In this document: in pieces, positions 47,473 through 57,399 of the stretch
How the letters are laid out: every line of letters begins with the position of its first letter
Position numbering within the stretch: the stretch's first letter is position 1
Assembly: GCA_016281275.1 (NCBI GenBank)
Contig: JAEEIH010000121.1
Location: 1-61,811, forward strand
Direction of reading: 5' to 3'
Length of the DNA stretch: 61,811 nucleotides
Origin: Lachnospiraceae bacterium
GTDB taxonomy: Bacteria > Bacillota > Clostridia > Lachnospirales > Lachnospiraceae
Notes under the pieces: model-generated
Told to the model about the DNA's origin: nothing
Databases searched by the model: none
The model's input: the letters and a program-made list of their open reading frames with translations, nothing else
Translations under genes and position numbers: made by a program

Positions 47473-48759
47473 ATGGCAAGTATTGGCGGTGTTCCCGGTC
47501 CGGCTTCGGATTCCGGCACAAATTACAAGGACATGGAAAGCAATTACCGTGGCTTTCAAAATCCTCATGTCGTTATAAAAGTGAATAAAAAAGATATGGT
47601 CGACAAAAAATCCGAGCTGAAGATCAGTCAGGTCAGCGTCGATCTTTCGAGCGGTTTCGAGGCATCGGTGGCAAGCTTCAGGATATACGGAGTATTTGAC
47701 AGGGATGCCGGTAAATATCTTACAAAAAAGTATGAGAAATTACTGCACATAGGATCTTCGATCGAGATATCAATGGGCTACAGCATAGGCGTCAGTCCCG
47801 TGTTTGTCGGTGTTATCACAAAGCTTAATTTCATCTATGAAGATCCCGAGCTGCCTTATATTCTTTTAACGGCGATGGATGCAAAGGGTATTATGATGGC
47901 CAACAATCATTCCAAGCAGCTGACCGCCACCACGATCGATGCAGCCGTTAAGGAGATACTCGACGGACAAGCGTACAAAAACCTTCTGACGACCGGCATA
48001 ATCACAAAAATCTCGGTTGAAGCAACGCCCGATTCGCCCGGAGGAGGCAAGGGAGGAGTTGCCGGAGGAGCCGGCGGGGCCGCGCCCGCAGCAGCTCCGA
48101 CAGGAGCGGCAGGCGGATCCGAATCGGAAAAACCGACGATCGAAATGGTTGGCGAAAGTGACTATGAATTCATTGTGAGAATGGCAAAAAGGATCAATTA
48201 TGAATTTTTCATTTCTGCGGGCGAAGTGATCTTCAGACCTGCAAGAGTGGACACGGACAGTATCATGACCTTATCGCCGTCAAACATTTTGAGAAGCTTT
48301 GATTTTGAATATGACATAACAGGGCAGGTCGGAACGGTAGAGGTCAGAGCAACCGACACAGATAAAGGAGAGCTTATCACGTCATCCCAAAAGGTTTCCA
48401 ACAAGTGGTCTTTCGGAAAAAAAGCTGAAAAACTCGTCAAGGGACACAAGATGGTTTATTTGGATCCTTCGGTTCACACGAAAGAGGAAGCCGACATGAG
48501 AAAGAATTTCCTTGTCGACAATATTTCCTATAAATTCGCGACTCTCAACTGCGAGACACTCGGAGTGCCCGAGCTTGTGCCCGGGAAATTCATCAAAGTA
48601 GCGGGACTCGGGGAAGGACCCGACAATAAATTTTACCTTCAGGAGGTCCGTCATGTGATGTCCAAAAAGGGTGAATATAAATGCATCGTGGTCGGAAAAG
48701 CAAAGAGCATAGAAGAGCAGCAGGCGGTTCCCGGAATGGGAAGTGTACCTTCGCTGTAG
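47473..48759 (+). CDS. Baseplate hub protein, phage late-control gpD-like
   Basis: 428 aa. HVVIKVNKKDMVDKKSELKISQVSVDLSSGFEASVASFRIYGVFD, then a Gly/Ala linker (GGGKGGVAGGAGGAAPAAAPTGAAGG). Sits immediately upstream of the spike gene. Confidence 0.55.
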   Translation: MASIGGVPGPASDSGTNYKDMESNYRGFQNPHVVIKVNKKDMVDKKSELKISQVSVDLSSGFEASVASFRIYGVFDRDAGKYLTKKYEKLLHIGSSIEISMGYSIGVSPVFVGVITKLNFIYEDPELPYILLTAMDAKGIMMANNHSKQLTATTIDAAVKEILDGQAYKNLLTTGIITKISVEATPDSPGGGKGGVAGGAGGAAPAAAPTGAAGGSESEKPTIEMVGESDYEFIVRMAKRINYEFFISAGEVIFRPARVDTDSIMTLSPSNILRSFDFEYDITGQVGTVEVRATDTDKGELITSSQKVSNKWSFGKKAEKLVKGHKMVYLDPSVHTKEEADMRKNFLVDNISYKFATLNCETLGVPELVPGKFIKVAGLGEGPDNKFYLQEVRHVMSKKGEYKCIVVGKAKSIEEQQAVPGMGSVPSL

Positions 48760-48893
48760 TTTTCGTATAATTAATCGTAAGCAAAGCGTGATCTGCCGTA
48801 AGGAAAGGCAAAATGTTTTTTTCGGCACGGCGGAACGGGATTTGAACGGCATTATGTCCGTGATAATCATGAAAAAAGACTGTGAGGACAGGC

Positions 48894-49739
48894 ATGGAAT
48901 TTTTTGACATTATGGAAGATATCAGCGCCCATAGGGTCACCAAGACCGAAACGGGTGACAACAGAATATTCGGCGTTGTAGTCGGTATAGTCGACAAAAA
49001 CTACGACCAGAAGCAGCCCGGTAAAGTGTGCGTGAGGATTCCCAACAGGGATGCGAACAGCAACGTGCTCAAGTGGGCCAAGGTCGTAACCTTTTCGATG
49101 GGAGCAAATTGGGGAGGATACTTTATCCCCGAGGTCGGTGATGAGGTGCTTGTCACGTTCGAAGAAGGAAACATAGATAAACCGTATGTGATCGGATGTA
49201 TCCCCAAAAGTAATTCCAAGCTCGTCAGCGCCTCGGTAGATGAAAAAAATTCCATAAAGCAGATCAGAGCCAGAAACGGTAAATCCTTCCTCAAATATAC
49301 CGATGACGGTCAGGAAAAAGCAGAAGAGGACAATCTGAGGCTTGAGCTTTTTGACGGTCATGTGTTCATCGATCTTGATTCCAAGACGGAGACGGTCGTG
49401 ATTTCGGACAAGGGTGAAAAGAACTGCATTGTTTTGGACGGTCAGGATGACAACGGTCTCTTACGTATAAAAACACAGAAGAGAATTGAGATCTCCGTTG
49501 CGGACAGCATAAAGCTGAAGCTTGACGGGGATAACGGAAAGATCAGCATTCAATGCGATGATATTGATGTAAAAGCGAACCAGAAGGCCGCGATCAAGGC
49601 TTCCAGCGGAGTCTCGGTCAATACGGACAGCGGATTCGATGTTTCGGCAAACAAAGCGCAGATCAAGGCGGGCGGTTCAGTCAACGTGAAAGCGGACGGT
49701 ACGGCATCATTTGGCGGAAGCGCGATAAAGATCGGTTGA
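48894..49739 (+). CDS. Spike protein, gpV / VgrG OB-fold plus beta-helix
   Basis: The track ORF starts at GTG 48882. ATG 48894 (MEFFDIMEDISAHRV...) follows GAGGACAGG. IFGVVVGIVDKNYDQKQPGKVCVRIP...GYFIPEVGDEVLVTFEEGNIDKPYVIGCI is a typical baseplate-V OB-fold. The C-terminal repetitive beta-strands fit a spike helix. Confidence 0.8.
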   Translation: MEFFDIMEDISAHRVTKTETGDNRIFGVVVGIVDKNYDQKQPGKVCVRIPNRDANSNVLKWAKVVTFSMGANWGGYFIPEVGDEVLVTFEEGNIDKPYVIGCIPKSNSKLVSASVDEKNSIKQIRARNGKSFLKYTDDGQEKAEEDNLRLELFDGHVFIDLDSKTETVVISDKGEKNCIVLDGQDDNGLLRIKTQKRIEISVADSIKLKLDGDNGKISIQCDDIDVKANQKAAIKASSGVSVNTDSGFDVSANKAQIKAGGSVNVKADGTASFGGSAIKIG

Positions 49740-49758
49740 TCATGAAAGGATGATTTCT

Positions 49759-50181
49759 ATGGGTAATGAATTTTTGGGTACGGGAATGAAATTTCCGCCC
49801 TCTGTCAATCCCACGACGGGAAGATTTGAGCTTTCGAGCGGAACGGCCGGAGTCAAGGAATCGATCTATATAGTTCTTATGACCCAAAAGTCTGAAAGAT
49901 GGCTCAGACCGGGCTTCGGAAGTCAGATACAGAGATTCGCGTTTGCAGATCCGAATCCCACTATTCTGAACCTTATGAAGCTTGATATCGTCAATGATAT
50001 CAAAACGTCCGAACCCAGAGTCACGGACGTAACTGTGAGGTTTGATGCGATATCAAAACCCGGATATCTCCTTGTGGATATCGAATACACGATCGCAGAA
50101 TCCAATACAAGGGACAATCTGGTATTTCCGTTTTATTTGAACGGCGCTTCGGAGGAGAAAAATGAAGAACAGCAGGGTTGA
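49759..50181 (+). CDS. Baseplate wedge protein, GPW/gp25 family
   Basis: GTGMKFPPSVNPTTGRFELSSGTAGVKESIYIVLMTQKSERWLRPGFGSQIQRFAF. ATG 49759 has AAAGGA 8 nt upstream (track start 49750). Confidence 0.85.
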   Translation: MGNEFLGTGMKFPPSVNPTTGRFELSSGTAGVKESIYIVLMTQKSERWLRPGFGSQIQRFAFADPNPTILNLMKLDIVNDIKTSEPRVTDVTVRFDAISKPGYLLVDIEYTIAESNTRDNLVFPFYLNGASEEKNEEQQG

Positions 50182-53100
50182 TCTTGACAACAGAAAGGCC
50201 GCAGACATAAAGGAGCAGATAAAGGCTCTTTCGGGTGTATATGTTCCCGAATGGCATTTCAATACGCAGAATCCCGATATAGGATCTGTTATCGGAATCA
50301 TTTTCGCGGAACAAATGGCGGAAAACATAGGACGATACAATGAGCTTATAGATGTGTATCATGCAGAACTTGCAAACATGACGGGCATCTCTCTGTTACC
50401 TGCGCAGCCCGCATCTACCGTGGCTGTCATGGAGCTCGCTTCGGATACGGTTCCGGGAAGCTATGTTCAGAAAGGAACAAAGCTTTACGGAGGCGACGGT
50501 GAGCAGCGACTTATTTTTGAAACCACGCATCCCCTCTATATCACCAACTCACATCTGACAGACATACTTTCGACCGATGCAAAATCCGGAAAGATCAGGA
50601 ACATCATGGGAGATGCAAAGAGAATACCGATCATTCCGGAGATGAACTCTATTGAACAGACAGAGGAAGAGGAAATTGCGGTCAGTGATGAATCGGCAAA
50701 CGATCACATGTTCCGGCCGTTTACCGCTTTTGACGAGAGTGGCGAGGAGCTTGGGCGCAACGCGCTTCTTTTGTATCATTCGTTCTATTTTGACATCAAA
50801 GAAGAAAAGATATTCATGAGGATCAAGAGTCCCGACCATCTTGCGGAACGGATCATAAACGGTACATATAAAATTTCATATCTGAGCGAGGAAGGCTTTG
50901 TGCCGTTCGATGAAGTCGGATTTGCCGGTGACGATATCATTTACCTGAGAAAAACGGGTGAATGCCGTAAAGTAAAACGCGACCGTGAATATTCCGTATT
51001 TCTGATAGAGGCATGCGGTGATGTGAACGAACGTATTAAAGTAAAGGACATAGATTTCACGTCTGTAGGAGAGAAAAAGCCTTTCGATTCCGTCGGTACG
51101 GGAAGCGTTGACTGCGATCCGCAGAATTTCAAGCCCTTTACGGAAAAGCTTTCGGTATTTGACGAGTGTATCATGCGTCAGGATGATTATTTCTCGAGGG
51201 TCGGGGCAAGAATCACGATCTCTTTCGACGTTGAATACGGCGTCAATCAGGTGCAGATGTCGACACAGATGGTCGAGGAATCGCTCAAGGTAGTTAAAAG
51301 AAAACCGATAATGGCGATCAACATGCGTGTGGTTGAATCGTATGTTGATGAGATTTCGATTGAATATTCATCAAAAAAAGGATGGAAAAGGCTTGTGCTC
51401 GCGTCGGACGAAACGACGATCTTCGGATCGGCAAAGGCCGGAAGACGTTCGTTCTCGTTCATATGTCCGGACGATTGGGACGACGAGAGCGGCAGGGGCA
51501 GAGCAATCCGCTTCCAGAGCATTAAGTGCGATAACTGCTACATGATGCCTTGTAATCACAACTACCCCATTATTAAAAATGCGACGGTAGAATATTCATA
51601 CGAAGACATGTACGTAAAGCCCGAGCGTGTTGAAACGGTCGGCAATACATCGAGAGAAGACGTAACGGCAGCGCTCCTTTCGGAAAAAGGAATTACGGCT
51701 TTTAAAGTGAGTCCTTATACGGATAATGCGCTTTGGCTCGGCTTCAACCGCAAATTCACGGCCGGTCCCGTTTCAATGCTCGTTGTTCTTGAGGATGAAA
51801 GCGCTTATGTCGGCACAAATCTGAGGTTTGAATATTCGACGATCGACGGTTTTAAGCCGCTTCAGGTTATAGACAAGACCGATGCGCTTGCCAGGACGGG
51901 TCAGATCAGGTTTATCCCTCCGGATGATATGGCGGCAGTGAACGTCGAGGGCAGAAGGTGCTTCTGGATCAGAGTGGTTGATGTCAATGAGCATTTTTCG
52001 GTGAAGAATGTATATAAGCCGATGATCAGGGATGTCGTCCTTAATGTCGTAGATGTCAACAATATAGATACGCACGAACCGGAAGAATTTTATCTCGACG
52101 AAGTATCGCCCGGAATGACCATCGACCTTTCGGAAGGAAATATCCTTGATGCCGAGGTGTGGGTCAACGAGATCGGAAAACATACCGTTGAGGAAATGAA
52201 GCAGCTTATCAGGCATGACCCCGAAGGTGTATATGCCGAGTACGACAGCTACGGAAATATAAATGACTTTTTTGTTCGTTGGAAAGAAGTACCGTCTTTC
52301 GATAAATCAAAGGACGGCGACCGTCATTATGTCCTCGACCGGCAGGTGAGCAGGATAGTGTTCGGTGACGGAGTTCATGTTGCGATCCCGACCGTGACGG
52401 AAGCTACCTCGGTAAGGGTTATAGCGCGCAGCTGCTACGGCGCGGAGGCCAATATCCCGGCAAATTCCCTCGAGGGCTGTATGACAAGAGTCGATTTCCT
52501 CGGAGGTCTTTACAACCCTTATCCCGCATATGGCGGAAGCAGCATAGAGTCTATTGAAAGCGCCATGAACAGAGCGGCCAATATCATAGGCAGCCGCAAT
52601 AGGATTGTCACCATGGCGGATTATAAAAACGAGGTATTAAGCTTCAGCGACAACATAAATAAGGTTGAGTGTATCATCGGAGAATCTGTTGACGGAAGCA
52701 AAAAGGACGGCCTTATCAGTATTGTTCTTCTTATGAAGGATTTCGGAAAAGGAACGCACACCTTTGATAAGCTTGCTCCGATGCTGAAGAGCCACCTTGA
52801 GCAGTGCGTGGAGTTGACCGCGGGAGTCGATACCATAGAGATAGTTGAGCCCATAGGCGTGGCGATCTCGGTCGATATTTGGATGAACAGGATGACCGAT
52901 GAAACGGATTATGAGGTCGGACTTAAGCTTACAGATGCTCTTACATCGTTCCTTTCACCTGTTTCGGATCCGTTGAATCCGGGCTGGGAGATCGGAAAGC
53001 TTCCCGGAAAGTCGCAGATCATGATGAAACTGAATGCGCTCAAAACAGGCGCATTCATCAGAAGGCTTGTTATCACCGCAACTTATATGGACACGGACGG

Positions 53101-53209
53101 TTCTCACGAATGCGATATCGACAATCTGCCGCCCAACAAGTTCTACGTTGTTAAGAGCGGTACCCATAAAACGCACATTATAAGCGAAGACAGACTCGCA
53201 AATATGTAA
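50162..53209 (+). CDS. Baseplate J-like protein (Afp11 / gp6-like), large
   Basis: 1015 aa. Overlaps the gp25 gene by 20 nt. N-terminal NTQNPDIGSVIGIIFAEQMAENIGRYNELIDVYHAELANMTGISLLPAQPA fits the CIS Baseplate-J N-terminal pattern. GGAGGAG RBS. Confidence 0.6.
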   Translation: MKNSRVDLDNRKAADIKEQIKALSGVYVPEWHFNTQNPDIGSVIGIIFAEQMAENIGRYNELIDVYHAELANMTGISLLPAQPASTVAVMELASDTVPGSYVQKGTKLYGGDGEQRLIFETTHPLYITNSHLTDILSTDAKSGKIRNIMGDAKRIPIIPEMNSIEQTEEEEIAVSDESANDHMFRPFTAFDESGEELGRNALLLYHSFYFDIKEEKIFMRIKSPDHLAERIINGTYKISYLSEEGFVPFDEVGFAGDDIIYLRKTGECRKVKRDREYSVFLIEACGDVNERIKVKDIDFTSVGEKKPFDSVGTGSVDCDPQNFKPFTEKLSVFDECIMRQDDYFSRVGARITISFDVEYGVNQVQMSTQMVEESLKVVKRKPIMAINMRVVESYVDEISIEYSSKKGWKRLVLASDETTIFGSAKAGRRSFSFICPDDWDDESGRGRAIRFQSIKCDNCYMMPCNHNYPIIKNATVEYSYEDMYVKPERVETVGNTSREDVTAALLSEKGITAFKVSPYTDNALWLGFNRKFTAGPVSMLVVLEDESAYVGTNLRFEYSTIDGFKPLQVIDKTDALARTGQIRFIPPDDMAAVNVEGRRCFWIRVVDVNEHFSVKNVYKPMIRDVVLNVVDVNNIDTHEPEEFYLDEVSPGMTIDLSEGNILDAEVWVNEIGKHTVEEMKQLIRHDPEGVYAEYDSYGNINDFFVRWKEVPSFDKSKDGDRHYVLDRQVSRIVFGDGVHVAIPTVTEATSVRVIARSCYGAEANIPANSLEGCMTRVDFLGGLYNPYPAYGGSSIESIESAMNRAANIIGSRNRIVTMADYKNEVLSFSDNINKVECIIGESVDGSKKDGLISIVLLMKDFGKGTHTFDKLAPMLKSHLEQCVELTAGVDTIEIVEPIGVAISVDIWMNRMTDETDYEVGLKLTDALTSFLSPVSDPLNPGWEIGKLPGKSQIMMKLNALKTGAFIRRLVITATYMDTDGSHECDIDNLPPNKFYVVKSGTHKTHIISEDRLANM

Positions 53210-53244
53210 CGGATCCGTTTCGGCGGTTGCCAAAGGAGCTTTAG

Positions 53245-55332
53245 ATGATCAGGATAAAAAGAAAAGAATCAAAAGATTATTTGACCATGATGGGGGAAGC
53301 GTTCAACAAGATACCGCTTTACTCAAAGGAATGGACAAACTTTAACCCGTCTGACCCCGGCGTGACGCTTCTTGAAGTGATCACGGCGTTCAATTCGCTT
53401 CAGTCGAACCAGCTCGGACGCGTTGCCGACGACGTAAAGGAGAGCCTGTTAAAGCTCATGGGCTTTACCCCGCGCGAGGGAAGATGCGGAAGAGTGCTTC
53501 TTGCGGCCGATAACGTCGATCACGATTTTTATCTGCCGAACGATCAGAAATTCAAGATCGGAGACATCAGCTTCGAAACAAACAGAAGAAGTATCGTTCA
53601 TGCAAACTCCGTCACATCGATCTTTTCGATCGCATCCGGTAATGTGATCGATTGCGGTCCGCTGATCGACAGGCATTCCACCATAACGGTACGGATCTTC
53701 GGAGATAAGCCGGCTGTCGGTGACGAACTTTATATATTCCTTGAAAAAGAACCGATCATGGATACCGAACTGATCTTTTATTTCGGCTTTGATGACCGCT
53801 TCCACAGAACTCCGGGCGGCGACAAACATGAGAATGTTTTCGCTTCGGTGAACTGGCAATATTACACCAAAGACGGTTTTGTGGACCTGAAAAAGAAGGA
53901 TATGACGAGGGCGTTCCTCAACGGCGGTGAACTCAGACTTCAGATACCTGCCGTCGAAGGAGCGGTTTATGAGAAAGAAGGAAGAAGCGGCTACGTGCTG
54001 AAGGCTGTTCTCGAAAAAGCGGATTATGACGTGCCTCCGAGATTTTTCTCCGTGCACGGTTTCCTTTTCGAGGTATGGCAGAAGGAAACGAGATCGATAT
54101 GCCACACATTCCGAGGGCAGGATGAGATTTCGATATACTGCGACTTGCTTGAAGAGGATTATGTGAACATTTTTGTCAAGGAGAAAAAAAGAGGATCCTA
54201 CAGGCATTACACCGATTCGAGGACAAGAGTAACCGATAAGGGTCGTTTCTTTGATCAGGAAAGAGAAGCATTCGGACTGTACAAGTACGTGTTCAACAAG
54301 GAAAAGTACGGCTTCGGTCCGTGTTCCGATGTCGACAGCATAAAGATCGTTGCCTATAACGAGGAGCTTATGCGTCAGCGCATGCTCGGGGCAGTTATCG
54401 GGTATGACGACCAGGTGCTTGAGCTTCCGGTGAAAAATGTCGTTCCCGAAAGTTTCACGCTGATCGCGAAGCGATTGGTTGACGGTGAAGAAATATACGA
54501 TTTCGTTCGTCCCGACAGAAACAAGCAGGGAGAACTTTACTATACGCTTGATGAGAGAGACGGGAATATCTGCATCAGGGATGCGGGCGACTATATAGGA
54601 GCGGAGCTTTTTATCTGCTCTTGTGCCGTAACTATGGGAGACGAGGGAAATGTGCGCCCCGGAAACACATTTACGCCGATCGGTTATGAAACCGACGTCA
54701 GATTCTACAATCCTTATATCGGAGAGGGCGGACGCCTCAGGGAAAATCTTGAAGAACTGACGGCAAGATTCACCGAAGATCTTAATACCCCTTATACTGC
54801 CGTCAAGCGGTCGGACTACGAGGACATTGTCAGGATGATTCCCGATCTTTGCATCCATAAAGTAAGAGCCATCGCCGATTCGTCGAAAAATGAGGTCAGG
54901 ATAGTGGTCAAGCCATATGCCGATGAGGAAAGGTCATTCCTCTCCGACATATACATTAAAAAGATCATGGATTATCTCGGTGAGCGCAGAGTCCTTACAA
55001 CCCAGATTAAGGTCGTCCAGCCCACATATCTTCCCATCGAGGTTACGGGAACGATATATGTCAGACGTCATTACGAGAATTGCATGGCAGAGATCGAAAA
55101 AGTTATCTCGTCTCACCTTGATTACATAAACAGCGACAAAAATTTTGGAGATATACTGAAATTTGAAGCTCTCTTCAATGAAATTGAGGAGCTTGACTGT
55201 GTCGATCATATATATGAGCTTTCGATAAAGCCGGAAAATGCGAACGGATATATGAGCGGACTTGATATCGTGCCCGCCGAAAATGCGCTCTGCTGCACAG
55301 GCAGGGTGTCGATCGAACTCAATATGTTCTGA
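53245..55332 (+). CDS. Second baseplate wedge protein (Baseplate-J-like N-terminus, Afp12 / gp7 position)
   Basis: 695 aa. NFNPSDPGVTLLEVITAFNSLQSNQLGRVADDVKESLLKLMGFTPREG resembles the Baseplate-J family N-terminal motif. Confidence 0.5.
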   Translation: MIRIKRKESKDYLTMMGEAFNKIPLYSKEWTNFNPSDPGVTLLEVITAFNSLQSNQLGRVADDVKESLLKLMGFTPREGRCGRVLLAADNVDHDFYLPNDQKFKIGDISFETNRRSIVHANSVTSIFSIASGNVIDCGPLIDRHSTITVRIFGDKPAVGDELYIFLEKEPIMDTELIFYFGFDDRFHRTPGGDKHENVFASVNWQYYTKDGFVDLKKKDMTRAFLNGGELRLQIPAVEGAVYEKEGRSGYVLKAVLEKADYDVPPRFFSVHGFLFEVWQKETRSICHTFRGQDEISIYCDLLEEDYVNIFVKEKKRGSYRHYTDSRTRVTDKGRFFDQEREAFGLYKYVFNKEKYGFGPCSDVDSIKIVAYNEELMRQRMLGAVIGYDDQVLELPVKNVVPESFTLIAKRLVDGEEIYDFVRPDRNKQGELYYTLDERDGNICIRDAGDYIGAELFICSCAVTMGDEGNVRPGNTFTPIGYETDVRFYNPYIGEGGRLRENLEELTARFTEDLNTPYTAVKRSDYEDIVRMIPDLCIHKVRAIADSSKNEVRIVVKPYADEERSFLSDIYIKKIMDYLGERRVLTTQIKVVQPTYLPIEVTGTIYVRRHYENCMAEIEKVISSHLDYINSDKNFGDILKFEALFNEIEELDCVDHIYELSIKPENANGYMSGLDIVPAENALCCTGRVSIELNMF

Positions 55333-55348
55333 CAGAAAGGAATTTGAC

Positions 55349-56482
55349 ATGCCGTACCTATCAAAGTATTCAGTTAAAAAGAGCAGACTCGATCATTCCG
55401 CGCTTCATGCGCTTGAAGCGGATGAGCGGGGGCGTCTTTTCTGTGACGATTCCGACAGGATGCATTATCTTTTTCTTCCGCCTTTTGACGGAGGAAAGCC
55501 GGATTCGGAGTGGGGGAGGCTTAAATTTGATATAAGTGTTCCCGATGATACCGAGGTTACGATATTCTGTTTTGCCACGGATACTTTGGAGTTCACAAGA
55601 AGACACCAGCCGGCGAACATGCAGGAATTTCTTTGCGACGTTAAAGAAAACCCGGGCGTAAAGCTTGAGCTTTTCTCGATTGCCGGCGCGAAATCGATCA
55701 GGGGAGCGAGCGATATGCTCCTGTATGAGATCAGGGGACGTTATCTGTTTGTCTGCATCAGGATCGAGGGTAACTTCGAAGGTCCTCTTTCGGATATAAA
55801 GATTATCAACCCGGGTGATACTTTCATGATGACGCTCCCGGAAATATACAGAAAGCGTAATTCGTTCCTTCACAGGTACCTTTCTGTTCTTTCTTCGATC
55901 TTTAATGATTTTCAGGACAAGATCGATGGCTATCGCGTAAACCTCGATCCCGATGTTGCCGACAAGGAACTGCTTGTCACATATGCGGGCTGGATGGGGA
56001 TCGACCTGAGCGGTGACTTCCTCGATGAGAGCAGGCTTCGACTGCTTGTGAAGGAAGCTCCCATGCTTAACAGGAAAAAAGGCACAAAGGTTGCACTTGA
56101 GAGACTTTGCGAGATTGTTCTTTCAGAGAAGTGTATCGTTGTCGAGAACTTTGGGGGTTCGGAAACGGGGATGTTCGGAGAAAGCCGCTTTGACGTGACC
56201 ATCCTCATAAAGTCGTTTGTAGAGGAAAAGAAGAAGTCGCAGCTTTATTTCCTACTCAATCAGTTTGTTCCTGTGAGGACGCACCTTCGCATCATTTATC
56301 TTGAGGGCAGAAGCGGACTTGATACTCACAGCTATCTTGATATAAATGCTACCGTATTTGATACAAGGAACGGAAAACTCGACAAGCATATGTCGCTTGA
56401 CGGCAATGTGCTCATGCCGGGAGAGCCTGCCGAAGAAGGGGTGATACTCAGCGACGACGGCGACGGACCGGTTCTCAGCTGA
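55349..56482 (+). CDS. Phage tail protein I-like baseplate protein
   Basis: The track ORF (55262) is over-extended. ATG 55349 follows GAAAGGAA. LPEIYRKRNSFLHRYLSVLSSIFNDFQDKIDGYRVNLDPDVADKELLVTYAGWMGIDL...NRKKGTKVALERL matches the conserved 'phage tail protein domain' (P2 gpI-like) pattern. Confidence 0.7.
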   Translation: MPYLSKYSVKKSRLDHSALHALEADERGRLFCDDSDRMHYLFLPPFDGGKPDSEWGRLKFDISVPDDTEVTIFCFATDTLEFTRRHQPANMQEFLCDVKENPGVKLELFSIAGAKSIRGASDMLLYEIRGRYLFVCIRIEGNFEGPLSDIKIINPGDTFMMTLPEIYRKRNSFLHRYLSVLSSIFNDFQDKIDGYRVNLDPDVADKELLVTYAGWMGIDLSGDFLDESRLRLLVKEAPMLNRKKGTKVALERLCEIVLSEKCIVVENFGGSETGMFGESRFDVTILIKSFVEEKKKSQLYFLLNQFVPVRTHLRIIYLEGRSGLDTHSYLDINATVFDTRNGKLDKHMSLDGNVLMPGEPAEEGVILSDDGDGPVLS

Positions 56483-56533
56483 TCGGATCATACCGTCCAT
56501 GAAACAATGATAAAGAGCAAAACAAACTTTTAT

Positions 56534-56562
56534 TTTACGTTATCAGACAAATAGCGTATAAT
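56534..56562 (+). promoter_or_regulatory. Internal sigma-70-like promoter candidate (TTTACG-17-TATAAT)
   Basis: In the 157-nt gap between the last baseplate gene and the STAS gene. It is one of the two largest intergenic gaps in the block, the other being 60 kb-side 59982-60160. Confidence 0.45.
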
Positions 56563-56639
56563 AACAAGAGTAGGACAGAGTGGCTCGTAAGGGCGTGGTA
56601 TTTGCCTGTAAATTATTGTTACATGGAAAAGGGGAAAAC

Positions 56640-56939
56640 ATGACAATCAGTGAAACAAGGAACGGAGAGAGCATTACGCTCTCGGTAGAAGGCAGAGTTG
56701 ACGCAACAACAAGCGCGCAGCTGCAAAACTCAATTTTGTTGGCATTTCAGAAAGTACGTGATCTTGTACTTGATTTTGAGCAGTGTGAATACGTTTCAAG
56801 CGCGGGCCTGAGAGCTTTGCTTATCGGTCAGAAGACGGCACAATCGAAGGGTGGGCAGATGAAACTGATTCATGTTGGAGATACGTTTATGTCGGTGCTG
56901 AAGCTTTCGGGTTTTGACAGCATTATTACTATCGAATGA
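56640..56939 (+). CDS. STAS-domain anti-sigma-factor antagonist (SpoIIAA/RsbV-like)
   Basis: 99 aa from ATG 56640 (track start GTG 56580). LSVEGRVDATTSAQLQN...LDFEQCEYVSSAGLRALLIG carries the conserved phosphorylatable Ser context (SSAGL). Confidence 0.8.
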   Translation: MTISETRNGESITLSVEGRVDATTSAQLQNSILLAFQKVRDLVLDFEQCEYVSSAGLRALLIGQKTAQSKGGQMKLIHVGDTFMSVLKLSGFDSIITIE

Positions 56940-56957
56940 CGGGACGGATGATCTCTT

Positions 56958-57386
56958 ATGGGAGGAATTATGGTCAAAGCAAGATTTGATGCATCGATCG
57001 ACGAGCTGTCGCGCGTTATCGATCTTGTCAACGAAACGATCTTAAAAGCGGGATGGAGCGATGCATTGTTGCCCGTTATGGACGTTGCCGTTGAGGAGAT
57101 ATTCGTCAATATTGCATCATATGCGTATCAGACATTGCCGGATGCCGATAAATATGCCGATATTACGATTGATGCCGAGGACGACCGGGTAAAGATCGTA
57201 TTTGAAGATGAGGGAATTGAATATAATCCGCTCTTAAGGGATGATCCCGACGTAACACTTCCTGCCGGGGAGAGGAAGATCGGCGGACTTGGAATATACA
57301 TGGTCAAGAAGAGTATGGATGGCGTAACATATGCTCGTACCGACGGAAAAAATGTTTTCACGATCATGAAGAAGAGGACGGACTGA
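56958..57386 (+). CDS. Anti-sigma-factor-type Ser kinase (SpoIIAB/RsbW-like HATPase_c)
   Basis: 142 aa. N-box-like VAVEEIFVNIASYAY, G1-like FEDEGIEYNP, G2 GGLGIYMVKKSMD. Small single-domain size is typical of RsbW. Confidence 0.75.
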   Translation: MGGIMVKARFDASIDELSRVIDLVNETILKAGWSDALLPVMDVAVEEIFVNIASYAYQTLPDADKYADITIDAEDDRVKIVFEDEGIEYNPLLRDDPDVTLPAGERKIGGLGIYMVKKSMDGVTYARTDGKNVFTIMKKRTD

Positions 57387-57399
57387 AAGGAAGTGCCTT

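Noticed and set aside
53449-54858. 469-aa ORF antisense to the baseplate gene 53245-55332. Similar long antisense ORFs lie at 2627-3643 (in typA), 11026-11925 (in the GGDEF gene), 28784-29740 (in the cyclase-like gene) and 19926-20756.
   Set aside because: Each lies entirely inside a sense-strand gene with clear family motifs and has no SD. Their R/S/L/F/V-rich, motif-free translations are typical of shadow frames generated by the codon bias of the real gene.
38104-56482. Prophage (myovirus tail module) or type VI secretion system.
   Set aside because: No capsid, portal, terminase, integrase, repressor, holin or endolysin genes lie on either side within the window. The presence of a DUF4255 cap and a dedicated AAA+ ATPase argues for a CIS. 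A single sheath gene and no TssJLM/ClpV/TssA-like genes argue against T6SS. A prophage cannot be fully excluded beyond 61.8 kb.
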